Shown: positions 1 to 10,304, counted from the first letter of the stretch. The stretch is 64,000 nucleotides of DNA from an uncultured delta proteobacterium (GCA_963782055.1 CAWAIF010000003.1:4864001-4928000), one strand, 5' to 3'. The notes: generated from the letters alone by a model not told the origin. Numbers and translations are program-made.

Positions 1-2
1 GG

Positions 3-1640
3 CAGGCGTGGCTGCTCCGCCACCCGGCGGTCGCCGCGCAGGGCCTGATCCCCGACGCGTTCGGCCCGCCGGGGCAGGCGCGCGACGACGCCGCGCAGGC
101 GCTCCTCTTCCTCGCGGCGAAGGGCGCGACGGAGACGCTGCGCGAGGGGGCGCGGGCGTACGGAGCGGCGGCGCGGGCGGCGCTCGACGCGCTCCTCGCG
201 CGCGATCCGCTGGCGATCGAGGTCAAGCCGCCCAAGCTGCCGGACTTCCTGCGGCCAGACGACCTGCCGCCGGTGCTCACGCGCAGCGGCGCGCGCCTGC
301 CCGACGACGCGATGGACGCGCTGGTGGAGCTGGCGAGCGTCGCGCCGCTCGACCCTCCGTACGCCGGCGTGACCGCGGCTCGTGATGCGCTCGACGCGAC
401 GTCCCTCGCCGCCTTCGCCCGCGAGCTGCTCGAGCAGTGGCTGCTGGCCGGCGCGCACGGGCGCTTCGAGTGGATGCTCTTCGCCAGCGCACACTTCCCC
501 GGCGACGACGCCACGCGCCGCGTCGCCACCCTCGCGCGCGACTGGGCCCGGCGCGACCGCGAGAAGGCGCGCCGGGCGTGCGCGGCGCTCGCCGCCATCG
601 GCAGCGATCTGGCGCTGCTGCACCTCGGTCACGTGGCCCAGACCTCGCGCTTCGAGGACCTGCGCAAGGACGCGCGCGGCCTGCTCGACGAGGCCGCCGC
701 GGCGCGGGGCCTCTCACGCGACGCGCTGGAGGACCGCATCGTCCCCGATCTGGACCTGGACACCGGCGGCACGCTGCACCTCTCCTTTGGCCCTCGCGAC
801 TTCACCGTCGCGCTGGACGAACGGCTGCGCCCACGCGTACGCGACGCGAGCGGCGCGGTGCTCCCGTCCTTGCCGCGAGCGGTCAAGACGGACGACGCGG
901 CGAAGGCGAAGGCGGCGCGGGCACGCTTCGATCTGCTCAAGCGCGACGCCTCGCACGTGGCCGACCGGCAGCTCCGCCGCCTCGAGGCGGCGATGGTGGC
1001 GGGGCGAGACTGGAGCTGGGAGGACTTCCAGGCGCGCGTCGCCACGCACCCGCTTCTGCTGCCGCTGGTGCGACGCCTGGTGTGGGAAGCGACCACGGCC
1101 AAGGGGACGCGGCTGCTACGCGTCGCGGAGGACGGCACGCTCGCCGGACAGGACGACACGCTCGTCGCGCCACCCGCCGGGGCACGCGTCCGCATCGCCC
1201 ACCCGGCGCGCATGACCGAGCGCGCGCGCGCGGCGTGGGCGCGCATCCTCGGTGACTACGAGCTGCTGCAGCCCTTCGAGCAGCTCGGCCGGGCGGTGCT
1301 GCTCCCCACGGCCGAGGAGCGCGCGGCGAGACGCGTGGAGCGCACCGCCGGCGTGCGCGCGGCGGCGAAGAAGGTGCTCGGCACGCTGGAGGCGCGCGGC
1401 TGGCGGCGCGACGACCGCGGGCACGTGAGCGCGTACCTGCGCCCGGTCCGGACCGCCGCCTTCGAGGTGTGCCTGCCCATCACCCCGGGCATCCCGATGG
1501 ACGACGTCGGCGACGCCCCCGAGCAGACGATCGGCGCCCTGGAGCTGCGGGGCGCCGGCGCGGAGGACGCCACCTTCGGGTCGCTGGACGTGGTGGACTT
1601 CTCCGAGGCGCTCCGGGACGCCCTCACGCTGGGGGGCTGA
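3..1640 (+). CDS. DUF4132-domain protein (5' end outside window)
   Basis: Frame open from nt 3 (QAWLLRHP...). LEDRIVPDLDLD, RLEAAM..GR.W, HPLL..LVRRLVW, RIAHP and DYELLQPFEQLGR motifs are typical of DUF4132. Confidence 0.85.
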   Translation, partial: QAWLLRHPAVAAQGLIPDAFGPPGQARDDAAQALLFLAAKGATETLREGARAYGAAARAALDALLARDPLAIEVKPPKLPDFLRPDDLPPVLTRSGARLPDDAMDALVELASVAPLDPPYAGVTAARDALDATSLAAFARELLEQWLLAGAHGRFEWMLFASAHFPGDDATRRVATLARDWARRDREKARRACAALAAIGSDLALLHLGHVAQTSRFEDLRKDARGLLDEAAAARGLSRDALEDRIVPDLDLDTGGTLHLSFGPRDFTVALDERLRPRVRDASGAVLPSLPRAVKTDDAAKAKAARARFDLLKRDASHVADRQLRRLEAAMVAGRDWSWEDFQARVATHPLLLPLVRRLVWEATTAKGTRLLRVAEDGTLAGQDDTLVAPPAGARVRIAHPARMTERARAAWARILGDYELLQPFEQLGRAVLLPTAEERAARRVERTAGVRAAAKKVLGTLEARGWRRDDRGHVSAYLRPVRTAAFEVCLPITPGIPMDDVGDAPEQTIGALELRGAGAEDATFGSLDVVDFSEALRDALTLGG

Positions 1641-1679
1641 CGCTTCCCTTCCCCCCGAGCCCGAGGCACGATCCGTCGC

Positions 1680-3141
1680 ATGAGACTTCACCCTTTCTTG
1701 ATGGCCGCCGCGGTGGCGTGCGCTTCGTGCTCCTCCGAGGACCCCGGCTCGACCTCCGACGCCGGGGCCGACGCCGCCGACGCGGCCCTCCCGGCTGTCA
1801 CCGGCATCACCGTGTCCACCGGCGATTCTCGTCCCGGCCTTCGACCCGAGCATCTTCGACTACGAGGTGACGTCGCTGACCACCATGGTGCCCGTCGCGG
1901 TGACCGTCACCGGCCAGGACGTCACGGTCGACGGCAGCCAGGCGCACGACGGCGTGCCGATCGACGTGGCGGTCCCCTCGCTGGACGACGCCACCTCCAT
2001 CACGATCCGGGCGGTGGACCCGGCCGGCCAGCCGCTCACCTACCGCGTCCACTCCGTCCCGCAGGCCCGCGCGCGCTACACCGTCGGGACGCTGAGCTCG
2101 CCGGTGAAGGGACAAATCCTCCTCGCGCCCAACCAGCTCGTGGGCGTGAAGGGCGGCCCGTCCTTCGTGTACATCGTGGACGAGACGGGGCGCCTCCTCT
2201 TCTACAAGGAGACCGCGCAGCTCTCCTTCGACTTCCAGCGCTACACGCTCCCCGACGGGACGGTGCGCTACGCATACATCACGCAGGACGGGCCGACCGA
2301 TCCCGACCTCTGGCCCATCGTCCCATCGACGGTCTTCGTGCTCGACGACCACTTCCGGCAGGTGCGCGAGGTGCGGCTCGCCGCCGCCGGCGCGCACGCG
2401 GACTACGGGACCGACGTCCACGAGTTCCGGATGCTCGACGACGACCACTGGCTGCTCGAGGCGTACATGGGCGAGACGGTCACCAACGTCCCCGGCTACT
2501 CCAGCGCCGGCGTGGTCTCGGCGGTGGTCCAGGAGGTGCAGGCGGGCAAGGTCCTCTTCGACTGGGAGACGACGAGCGTCCCCACCCTGTACACGCAGAG
2601 CTCCGACGGGAACGACTTCACCAACGCCAAGACGATGTATGCAGACTACAACCACCTCAACTCGCTGGACATCGACCCGTCCAACGGCAACATCGTGGTC
2701 TCCCTGCGCCACGACGACGAGGTGCTGGAGCTGGACCGCAAGACAGGCGCCGTCCTCTGGACGCTGGGGGGCGAGGGCGACGAGTTCGGCCTGGCGGACG
2801 CCGACAAGAGCTCGCACCAGCACTACGTCCGCTTCCTCGGCCCGGGCGACCTCATGATGTTCGACAACGGCAACGCCGGGAAGCTGACGAAGATCCGCGA
2901 GTACCGGATCGACGAGGCCGCGCACACCGCGAAGGTGCTGACCGCGTTCTCCGTGGACGGCCACTTCAGCGCGGCGATGGGCTCGGTGCAGAAGCTCGAC
3001 GGCCGTTACTTCGTCGGCTGGGGCTACCGCCAGGACACCGAGTCGGACGTCACCGAGATCGACGCCACGACGATGAAGAAGACCTTCGAGCTGAGCTTCC
3101 AGGACGGGTACTGCTCGTACCGCGCGCTCAAGTACCCGTAG
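1680..3141 (+). CDS. Aryl-sulfate sulfotransferase (ASST)-like lipoprotein with cadherin-like beta-sandwich; +1 frameshift at 1826-1827
   Basis: Lipoprotein signal (ACASC) in the 1680 frame continues after one extra T into LVPAFDPSIFDYEV... of the 1867 frame. ASST motifs DVHEF, DYNHLNS, SLRH, SHQH, MFDNG, MGSVQ. Confidence 0.8.
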
Positions 3142-3144
3142 GCG

Positions 3145-4074
3145 TCAGTTCGGCGGCTGCAGCGGGGCGCACGTCGAGACGCCCGCGCCGACGATGGTCA
3201 TGCCCGTGTCCTGCACGACGACGGAGAAGGACTTGTCCGTCGCATACTTGTAGCGAGTGACGTGGCTGTTGCCGAATCCGGGCGCGGTGTAAAACCAGAA
3301 ATCGCCGCCCCAGAAGGAGAACGCGTACGAAGAGGACGTGCCGACCTGGGTGAGGTCCACCGGGGAGGGCGTCGCGCCGCTGCTCTCGTTCATCTCGGCG
3401 AGCTTCGGCGGGTCGAGGATGGCGAAGAAGCCGAAGAGGCGTGCGTCGCCGGTGCCGGTGAGCTCGCACTCGTTGCCGCCCAGGCCGCTGGTGTAGTCGC
3501 CGAGGAGGCTCAGCTTGTAGCTGGGCAAGGAGATCTTGGCGAGGCCGCCTCCGGTGAAGTTGGCGTCGTCGGCGGTGCACGTGTAGAGCGTCTCGCTGGT
3601 GCCGCCGCCGGTGTCGGTGGCGAAGCCCATGCCACGGATGCGGCGACTGAGCTGGCCGACCTGGTAGCCGGTGGCGGTGCAGTGCGCGTTGGACGTGTCC
3701 ACGGTGAAGAGGGAGCCGTCGCTCATGTTGACGTAGGCGCGCGCGTCACGGTCGACGGCCATCGAGTTGGGCGAGGAGAGCGTGGGGCAGTCCAGCGTGC
3801 CGATCTTGACGAAGGTGAGGCTCGCCGGGTTGAAGCTGTACAGATCGTTCTGCGCGCTGACGACGTAGACCAGCTTGGCCGCGTCGGAGCAGTTGTCCTG
3901 CGCGCCGCCGTCGCCCCCGCCGCCGCCGTCGGTCTTGAACCCGCCGCCATCGTCGCCGAAGGGGGAGCCGCCGTCGCCGGCGGGGCCGCCGTCACCCTCG
4001 CCGAACCCGGACCCCGACCCCGGCCCGCACGCGAGCAGCGTACAGGCGACGATGACGATCGCGCGTGTGGACAT
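3145..4074 (-). CDS. Hypothetical myxobacterial lipoprotein (beta-propeller-like)
   Basis: GGAGG RBS, lipobox LLAC, DGG linker, C-terminal FAFSFWGG-like (YAFSFWGGDFWFYT)...IVGAGVSTCAP. Confidence 0.75.
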   Translation of the reverse strand: MSTRAIVIVACTLLACGPGSGSGFGEGDGGPAGDGGSPFGDDGGGFKTDGGGGGDGGAQDNCSDAAKLVYVVSAQNDLYSFNPASLTFVKIGTLDCPTLSSPNSMAVDRDARAYVNMSDGSLFTVDTSNAHCTATGYQVGQLSRRIRGMGFATDTGGGTSETLYTCTADDANFTGGGLAKISLPSYKLSLLGDYTSGLGGNECELTGTGDARLFGFFAILDPPKLAEMNESSGATPSPVDLTQVGTSSSYAFSFWGGDFWFYTAPGFGNSHVTRYKYATDKSFSVVVQDTGMTIVGAGVSTCAPLQPPN

Positions 4075-4197
4075 CGCGTCCCTCCAGCCCGTCATGATAC
4101 GGCCGCGGCCCCCGCGGCGCACCCGTAACGGCCGCGGTGCGGGCTGATAGGCTGGGTGTCACACTTCGCGCCTCCCGCGCGAAGTACCGGCAAGCCC

Positions 4198-5094
4198 ATG
4201 CCCACTGCCCGCGATCTGCTCTCCGATCCGCGCCTGCGCGCCGACCTGACGCGCCTCGTGCGCCGGCGGGTGCCGGAGAGCGACGTGGACGACATCGTGC
4301 AGGCGGCCCTCGTCGAGGCGCTCGCCGGGAAGGCGCCGGAGGAGCCGGAGCTGCTCCGCCGGTGGATCTTCGGCGTGGTCAAGCACAAGGTCGCCGACTT
4401 CTATCGCCGCGCGCGCCGGGAGCGGCCGGGCGGCGACGTCGCCGACACCGCCGCGGACTCCAGCCCCGGACGCGCCCGCGAGCTGCTCGACTGGGCCAGC
4501 AAGGAGCTGCCGGATCAGGAGGAGGCGGGGCAGACGCTGGAGTGGATGCTGCGCGAGGGCGAGGGCGAGAAGCTGCAGACCATCGCCCTCCAGGAGAAGG
4601 TGCCCGCGCCGCGCGTGCGCCAGCGTGTCTCCCGCCTGCGGCGCCATTACCGCGCGCGGTGGGCCGCCCGCATCGCCGCGCTCGCCGCGCTGGGCGTGGT
4701 GGCGTTTTTGTTTGTGTGGCTGCTCCGCCGCAAGAAGCACGAGGACGTCATCGTCCGCGAGGCGCCGGCGCCCAGCGCCTCCACGCCCGGGCCGTTGCAG
4801 AAGAAGGCGGAGGCGGACCGCGCCCTCGCCTTCGAGGCGTGCGACCACCAGCGGTGGCACGAGTGCGTGCGCCTGCTCGACGAGGCCGCGGCGCTCGATC
4901 CCGCAGGGGACACCGCACCGGCGGTCACCCGCGCCCGCGAGCGCGCCCAGCGCGCCCTCACCCCGGCGCCCCCGCCGTCCGTCGCGCCGACGCACGCGCC
5001 GACGCCCACCCCCACGGTGCGGCCGAGCGCGATACCCACCGCGGTCCCGACGCCCGCCTCCACGCTCCCGCCCCCGAGCCCGGCCGCGTCCTGA
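4198..5094 (+). CDS. ECF-type sigma-70 factor with C-terminal transmembrane helix and Pro-rich extension
   Basis: Region 2-like DVDDIVQ...RRWIFGVVKHKVADFYRR, region 4-like IALQEKVPAPRVRQRVSRLR, then hydrophobic IAALAALGVVAFLFVWLL. Confidence 0.7.
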   Translation: MPTARDLLSDPRLRADLTRLVRRRVPESDVDDIVQAALVEALAGKAPEEPELLRRWIFGVVKHKVADFYRRARRERPGGDVADTAADSSPGRARELLDWASKELPDQEEAGQTLEWMLREGEGEKLQTIALQEKVPAPRVRQRVSRLRRHYRARWAARIAALAALGVVAFLFVWLLRRKKHEDVIVREAPAPSASTPGPLQKKAEADRALAFEACDHQRWHECVRLLDEAAALDPAGDTAPAVTRARERAQRALTPAPPPSVAPTHAPTPTPTVRPSAIPTAVPTPASTLPPPSPAAS

Positions 5095-5100
5095 GGCGGC

Positions 5101-5925
5101 TCAGCCGCGGTCGCCGTCGGAGGCGCCCGCGCCGACGACGAAGTCGATCGCCTCGGCCATCAGCGCGTCGATGTCGGCCGAGTAGTTGTGCCCCGCCTTC
5201 TTCATCACCCAGAGCTTCGCCGGGAAGCCCTGCGCGCGCAGCCGCTTCACCGTGGCGCGCTCGCCGGCGATCTGCGTCCCCCACTCGCCCGCGAGCATCG
5301 CGACGGCGCGCACCCCCGCCTTGCGAAGCGACCCGGCGCTCAGCGTGACGTCCGCCTCGATCAGCACGAGGTAAGGCCAGCGGCCTGGGTGCTTCCGCGC
5401 CAGGTACGGCGCCATGTACGCGCCGCGGGAGAAGCCGGTGAGCACGGCGCCTTCGCGATCGATCTCGCCGGGGTAGCGCGCCTCGACGGCGGCGACCGCG
5501 CGCTCCAGGTCAGCGTCGGTCGCGTCGAAGGACTCGGTCCACGTCGGCGGGCCGCCCGCGCCGCAGGTCGCGTTGCCGGCGGGGCAGACGAGGAAGCCGC
5601 GCTCGGTGGCCGCGGGCACCCAGTAGCCGCACGCGTAGCCGGGCGGATTGCACAGTCCGTGCAGGTTGGCGATGAGGCGATGCTTGCCTCCGGCCTCCGG
5701 CGGGATTGCAAAGTAGACGTTCCGGTGCGTCGCGAAGGGGGCCTCGAAGGGCCCGACGGCGCGCGGCGGCGGCGGCTTCACCTCCGGCGGAGGCGGCGCG
5801 TGGGAGGCGACCGGTGCGGGGGCGCGGACGTCGGCCGCGGGGGGCGCGACGGTGACCGGCCCGCTGGAGGAGGTGCAGGCGGCGGAGAGGAGGGCACAGA
5901 GCAGCGCGGGAAGGTGGCGGTTCAT
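5101..5925 (-). CDS. Alpha/beta-hydrolase-fold lipoprotein (esterase-like)
   Basis: Lipobox SAAC, LHG oxyanion region, GFSRG nucleophile elbow, C-terminal AGH. Confidence 0.7.
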   Translation of the reverse strand: MNRHLPALLCALLSAACTSSSGPVTVAPPAADVRAPAPVASHAPPPPEVKPPPPRAVGPFEAPFATHRNVYFAIPPEAGGKHRLIANLHGLCNPPGYACGYWVPAATERGFLVCPAGNATCGAGGPPTWTESFDATDADLERAVAAVEARYPGEIDREGAVLTGFSRGAYMAPYLARKHPGRWPYLVLIEADVTLSAGSLRKAGVRAVAMLAGEWGTQIAGERATVKRLRAQGFPAKLWVMKKAGHNYSADIDALMAEAIDFVVGAGASDGDRG

Positions 5926-6066
5926 ATCCCCTCTTCGCGCGGGCCCCCGAAAGTGTGACGCGCAGCGTCCGATCTCTTTGCTGCCTCCCGCGACGCGCGG
6001 AGTCGATCGGAGCGAGCGCGAGGACGTCATCGACTGGTGACGGGGCGCAGGGCTAAGCTTGGCCGC

Positions 6067-6699
6067 ATGACGCAGTCCGCCCCCACGCCCGAGAACGTGA
6101 CCTTCGACGACTACGTCGCGATGAGCGGCGCGGCCAAGGCCATGGGGATGGACGCGATGCTCCGCCACTACGGCCTGGACATGGCGCGCTGGGCGCAGAT
6201 CGCCGGCCGCTGGAACTCCACCATCCCGACCGACCTCCCGCGCTACGGGCAGTTCGGCATCCTGGTCGAGCAGGAGGGCGCGCGCATCGCCGCCGGCGGC
6301 GCGCCGCGGCCTCTCGGAGCGCCGGCGCCCGCCCCGCCCCCGGCCGGACCCCCGCAGGCTGGCGGGTACATCGCCACGCCCTACACCGCCACGCCCGCGG
6401 GTTATCCGCCGCCGCCGGGCCAGCCCTACCCGCAGCCGTCGCTGGACCAGCAGGCCCAGCATGCGGCGGGCGCCATCGGCAGCGCGGCGGTCGCCGGCTT
6501 CAACGTGCTCGGCTCGGCGCTGGGCGCGGTGGGCAAGGAGCTCGCCGGCATCGCCGTCGGCAGCCTGGTGCTGGTCACGTGGTCGGACGGGCAGCGCTAC
6601 CCGGGCACCGTCCAGCAGATCGGCGCGGGGCAGTACCTGGTGCGGATGACCAACGGCCAGCAGCACTGGATCCCGCAGGCGTACGTCGCGCGATCGTGA
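6067..6699 (+). CDS. Hypothetical protein, Pro-rich linker, C-terminal Tudor/Agenet-like SH3-fold domain
   Basis: C-terminal GSLVLVTWSDGQRYPGTV...YLVRMTNGQQHWIP; TAAGCT -10 element 7 nt before the ATG. Confidence 0.65.
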   Translation: MTQSAPTPENVTFDDYVAMSGAAKAMGMDAMLRHYGLDMARWAQIAGRWNSTIPTDLPRYGQFGILVEQEGARIAAGGAPRPLGAPAPAPPPAGPPQAGGYIATPYTATPAGYPPPPGQPYPQPSLDQQAQHAAGAIGSAAVAGFNVLGSALGAVGKELAGIAVGSLVLVTWSDGQRYPGTVQQIGAGQYLVRMTNGQQHWIPQAYVARS

Positions 6700-6700
6700 G

Positions 6701-6737
6701 AGGGGCGGGCGGGGCCCCGCTCCACGCGGGCCCTCGG
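6701..6737. repeat. Degenerate REP-like copy
   Basis: gggcggggccccgctccacgcgggccctc resembles gggcggggcccctccccacgcggggcctc of the 40.4-40.8 kb repeat; intergenic just after a stop codon. Confidence 0.4.
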
Positions 6738-6781
6738 CGTTGCCCGTCGCCATGCGCGGCGGTACCGTGGGCGCAGCTGCC

Positions 6782-8035
6782 GTGAGACCTCACCTTGCGT
6801 GTCCCGTCTTCTTCTTGCTCGCCGGCTGCGCGGGCGCCGCGCAGACACCGGCCGACGCGCCGGGCCCCGGCGCCGCCGGCGAGGCGACGCCGTCCACCGC
6901 CACCGCGCCCGCCGGCCCCGCGAGTCCGGCCAAGGAGCTGCTGGTCCTCATGCCGGTGCGCCTGCGCGGGGCGGCCCTCTTCCCCGAGGAGACCGAGGTG
7001 CTGCGGCGCGCCGAGCGCGACTTCTTCGCCTCGCGACCGGAGGTGGGAAAAGACAAGATGGTCCCCCTCGATCAGGTGCGCGCGGTGGAAGCCGCGGCGC
7101 GGGGCGGACGCGCGCGCATCGGCGGGCCGGTCTGCGCGGCGGCGCCTGCGCTGGACGACGCCCTGTTCGACGCGTTCCCGGGCATGCCGGAGGCACGCGC
7201 GGTCGCCTCGTGCGACGCGGCCAATACGTGTAGTTTGCACGTTTCGGTGGTGCGCCCCTCCGGCGGGGCACGCGCCGACACGCTCGCGGTCTTCGAGGCG
7301 CCGGTGTCCGCGCCCGGGGCCGCGAGCGACTGGCAAGCCGCCGTCGCGCACCTCGCCTTCTCCAGGCAGCGCGGGGGCACCCTCGCCGCGGCGCCGGCGG
7401 CAGGCGGCGACGACCGGGTCACGGTGACGGCCGTCCACGCCTTCGGGCCCTGGGCTTCCGCGCCCGCGCCCGCCGTCTTCGCTCCGGCGCGGGACGCGCT
7501 GGACGCCTGCCACGATCCCGACGCCGCGCATCTGACGACGCCGGAGGCGGTGCTCGCGGTCGGCGCGGACGGGCACGTCGGGCGCTGCCAGAGCGACGCG
7601 CGTCTGGGCGCCGACTGCTTCTGCAAGGCGCTCGCGTCGGTGGCGCTGCCGGCGGGGCCGGACGGTCGCCGCCTGGCCGTCGACCTCTGGAGCGCACCCG
7701 CGCCGCTGCTGCGCACCGCGGCCGGCCTCACCATGAGCGCACGCCTGGAGGAGGTGCGCGCGGAGGACGGCACGACCATGACCGGCGCCATCGCGCCCTG
7801 GACGTCGCGGCTCGCGGTGTGCCGCGCGCTCGACCCGCAGGCGGGGACGATGACCGCGCGCCTTCACCTCTCCGTCGACGCGCAGGGCCACGTGCAGTCC
7901 GCGCGCGCCACCGGCCTGGGCGCGGCGATGAAGGCGTGCGTGGAGGTCAACGCGAAGCGCATCGCCCTCCCCTGCCCCCGCGGCGGCCTGCCGACGAGCG
8001 TCACGGCCACCCTGCTGCTCGACGCCTCCCGCTGA
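6782..8035 (+). CDS. Hypothetical lipoprotein, C-terminal TonB-C/AgmX-like segment
   Basis: GTG start, lipobox LAGC, paired Cys, LSVDAQGHV motif; start codon uncertain. Confidence 0.55.
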   Translation: MRPHLACPVFFLLAGCAGAAQTPADAPGPGAAGEATPSTATAPAGPASPAKELLVLMPVRLRGAALFPEETEVLRRAERDFFASRPEVGKDKMVPLDQVRAVEAAARGGRARIGGPVCAAAPALDDALFDAFPGMPEARAVASCDAANTCSLHVSVVRPSGGARADTLAVFEAPVSAPGAASDWQAAVAHLAFSRQRGGTLAAAPAAGGDDRVTVTAVHAFGPWASAPAPAVFAPARDALDACHDPDAAHLTTPEAVLAVGADGHVGRCQSDARLGADCFCKALASVALPAGPDGRRLAVDLWSAPAPLLRTAAGLTMSARLEEVRAEDGTTMTGAIAPWTSRLAVCRALDPQAGTMTARLHLSVDAQGHVQSARATGLGAAMKACVEVNAKRIALPCPRGGLPTSVTATLLLDASR

Positions 8036-8063
8036 AGCGCAAAGCTTCGCTATGCTGGCCGGC

Positions 8064-9554
8064 ATGTTCGCGTCCGCGCTGCTGGAGCACTCCATCGACA
8101 AGGCCACCTACCACCGGGAGGAGCCGCGCCTGCGCGAGGCCCTCCTCAACGCGCAGTACGACCTGAAGCAGACCGCGCGCTGTCCGGTCATCGTGGTCAT
8201 CGCGGGCGTGGAGGGCGCCGGCAAGAGCGAGACGGTCAACGTCCTCAACGAGTGGATGGACCCTCGCTACCTCAAGACGGTCGCCTTCCCGGAGCCCACC
8301 GACGAGGAGCGCGAGCGGCCGCGCATGTGGCGCTACTGGCGCGCGCTCCCGCCGCGCGGGAGCATCGGCCTGCTCTTCGGCGCGTGGCACACGCAGCCCA
8401 TCCTCGACCACGTGCTGAACGGCTCGACCAGCGACAATCTCGGCCGTCACACCGCCGAGATCCTCCGCTTCGAGAAGATGCTCTGCGACGAGGGCGCGCT
8501 CGTCCTCAAGTTCTGGTTCCACCTCTCCAAGGAGCAGCAGAAGAAGCGGCTCAAGTCGCTGGCGAGGGACCCGAAGACGCGCTGGCGGGTGACCGACCTG
8601 GACTGGAAGTACTTCAAGCTCTACGACCGCTTCTTCACCACCGCAGAGCGCTTCACCCGCGAGACGTCCACCGGGGAGGCGCCGTGGATCGTGGTCGCTG
8701 GCGCCGACCCGCACTTCCGCAACCTCACCGTCGGCAAGACCATCCTCGAGGCGATGCACGAGCGCCTGCGCGAGAAGCCGGTCAAGCGGCTACCCGACCG
8801 CAACCCGCCGCTCTTGCCGCCGGTCGACAAGCTCAACGTCATCCGCGCGCTGAAGCTGGACAAGCCGATGGCCAAGGCCCGCTACGAGAAGGAGATCGAG
8901 AAGTGGCAGGGCCGGCTGAACCTGCTCTCGCGCGACCGCAAGTTCAGGAGGTCGGCGGTCATCGCCGCCTTCGAGGGCAACGACGCCGCGGGCAAGGGCG
9001 GGGCCATCCGGCGCCTCACGCGCGCGCTCGACGCGCGCGTCTACACCGGCGTGCCGGTCGCCGCGCCCACCGAGGAGGAGCGCGCGCAGCCGTACCTGTG
9101 GCGCTTCTGGCGCCACGTCCCGACGCACGGGCGCTTCGTGCTGTTCGATCGCTCCTGGTACGGCCGCGTGCTCGTCGAGCGCGTGGAGCACTTCGCCAAG
9201 GAGCCCGACTGGATGCGCGCCTACGGCGAGATCAACGACTTCGAGCACGACCTCACGCACCACGGCATCGTGCTCACCAAGTTCTGGCTGGCGATCAGCA
9301 AGGCGGAGCAGCTCAAGCGCTTCAAGGCGCGCGAGAAGACCAGCTTCAAGCGCTTCAAGATCACCCCGGAGGACTGGCGCAACCGCGACAAGTGGGACGC
9401 CTACGAGGCGGCCGTGTGCGACATGATCGACCGCACCAGCACCGAGTACGCCCCCTGGACCATCGTCGAGGCGAACAACAAGTACTACGCGCGCATCAAG
9501 GTCCTGAAGACGATGTGCCGCGCGCTCGAGCAGCGCTTCGACTCCATGAAGTGA
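8064..9554 (+). CDS. pap: Polyphosphate:AMP phosphotransferase (two-domain PPK2, class II)
   Basis: Two PPK2 domains: GVEGAGKS and FEGNDAAGKGG, FDRSWYGRVLVERV, EDWRNR; typical MF.SA.L.H N-terminus. Confidence 0.93.
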   Translation: MFASALLEHSIDKATYHREEPRLREALLNAQYDLKQTARCPVIVVIAGVEGAGKSETVNVLNEWMDPRYLKTVAFPEPTDEERERPRMWRYWRALPPRGSIGLLFGAWHTQPILDHVLNGSTSDNLGRHTAEILRFEKMLCDEGALVLKFWFHLSKEQQKKRLKSLARDPKTRWRVTDLDWKYFKLYDRFFTTAERFTRETSTGEAPWIVVAGADPHFRNLTVGKTILEAMHERLREKPVKRLPDRNPPLLPPVDKLNVIRALKLDKPMAKARYEKEIEKWQGRLNLLSRDRKFRRSAVIAAFEGNDAAGKGGAIRRLTRALDARVYTGVPVAAPTEEERAQPYLWRFWRHVPTHGRFVLFDRSWYGRVLVERVEHFAKEPDWMRAYGEINDFEHDLTHHGIVLTKFWLAISKAEQLKRFKAREKTSFKRFKITPEDWRNRDKWDAYEAAVCDMIDRTSTEYAPWTIVEANNKYYARIKVLKTMCRALEQRFDSMK

Positions 9555-9557
9555 GGG

Positions 9558-10304
9558 TCACCACACCACCGCCTCCCCATCCCGAAACACGCCGCCCGTC
9601 GGCGCGCCCTCTCCGAGCGCCGCCGCCCACACCACCCCGCTCGCCCCCTCCTCCACCGTCCGCGGCGCCCCGCTGCCGCCCATGTCCGTCCGCACCCACC
9701 CGGGGCACACCGCGTTCACGCGCACCCCGTCCGCCGCCAGCTCCCGCGCGAGCACGCGCGTCATCGCGTTGAGCAGCGCCTTGGAGACGGCGTAGGGGTC
9801 CGGCCATCCGCGCTCGCCGGCGAGGAAGCGATCGGCCAGCGCGACCAGCCCCGCGCGATCCAGGTCCGGCGCGCCGATCTCCCGGCGCAGCGCCGCCGGG
9901 AAGCCGGAGAGCTCGCCCAGCCCGCTGGTGACCATCACCACGTTGGCCCCGCGCGCGAGGCGCCTGCGCAGCGTGTCGGTCACCCGGAGGGGGCCGTGGA
10001 AGTTGACGTCCATCGTCGCCCTCGCCGCGCCCGCCCCGCGCACGCGGTAGACGCCGGCGTTGTTGACCAGCGCGTCCAGCCGCACGTCCTCCGCCTCCAG
10101 GCGCCGCGCGAGGGCGGCGACGCTGCTCGCGTCGGTCACGTCCAGCGCGACCGCGCGCGCGCCCTCGGCCAGCCCGCGCGCCGCCGCCTCGCCCTCGGCC
10201 AGCTTGCGCGCGCCGAGGAGCACCGTCCACCCGCGCGCGGCCAGCTGCCGCCCGGTCTCCAGCCCGATGCCGCGGTTCCCTCCGGTGATGAGCGCCGTCG
10301 CCAT
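9558..10304 (-). CDS. SDR family oxidoreductase (carbonyl-reductase-like)
   Basis: TGGNRGIG, NNAG, YAVSK, VCPGWVRTDMGG. Confidence 0.9.
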   Translation of the reverse strand: MATALITGGNRGIGLETGRQLAARGWTVLLGARKLAEGEAAARGLAEGARAVALDVTDASSVAALARRLEAEDVRLDALVNNAGVYRVRGAGAARATMDVNFHGPLRVTDTLRRRLARGANVVMVTSGLGELSGFPAALRREIGAPDLDRAGLVALADRFLAGERGWPDPYAVSKALLNAMTRVLARELAADGVRVNAVCPGWVRTDMGGSGAPRTVEEGASGVVWAAALGEGAPTGGVFRDGEAVVW

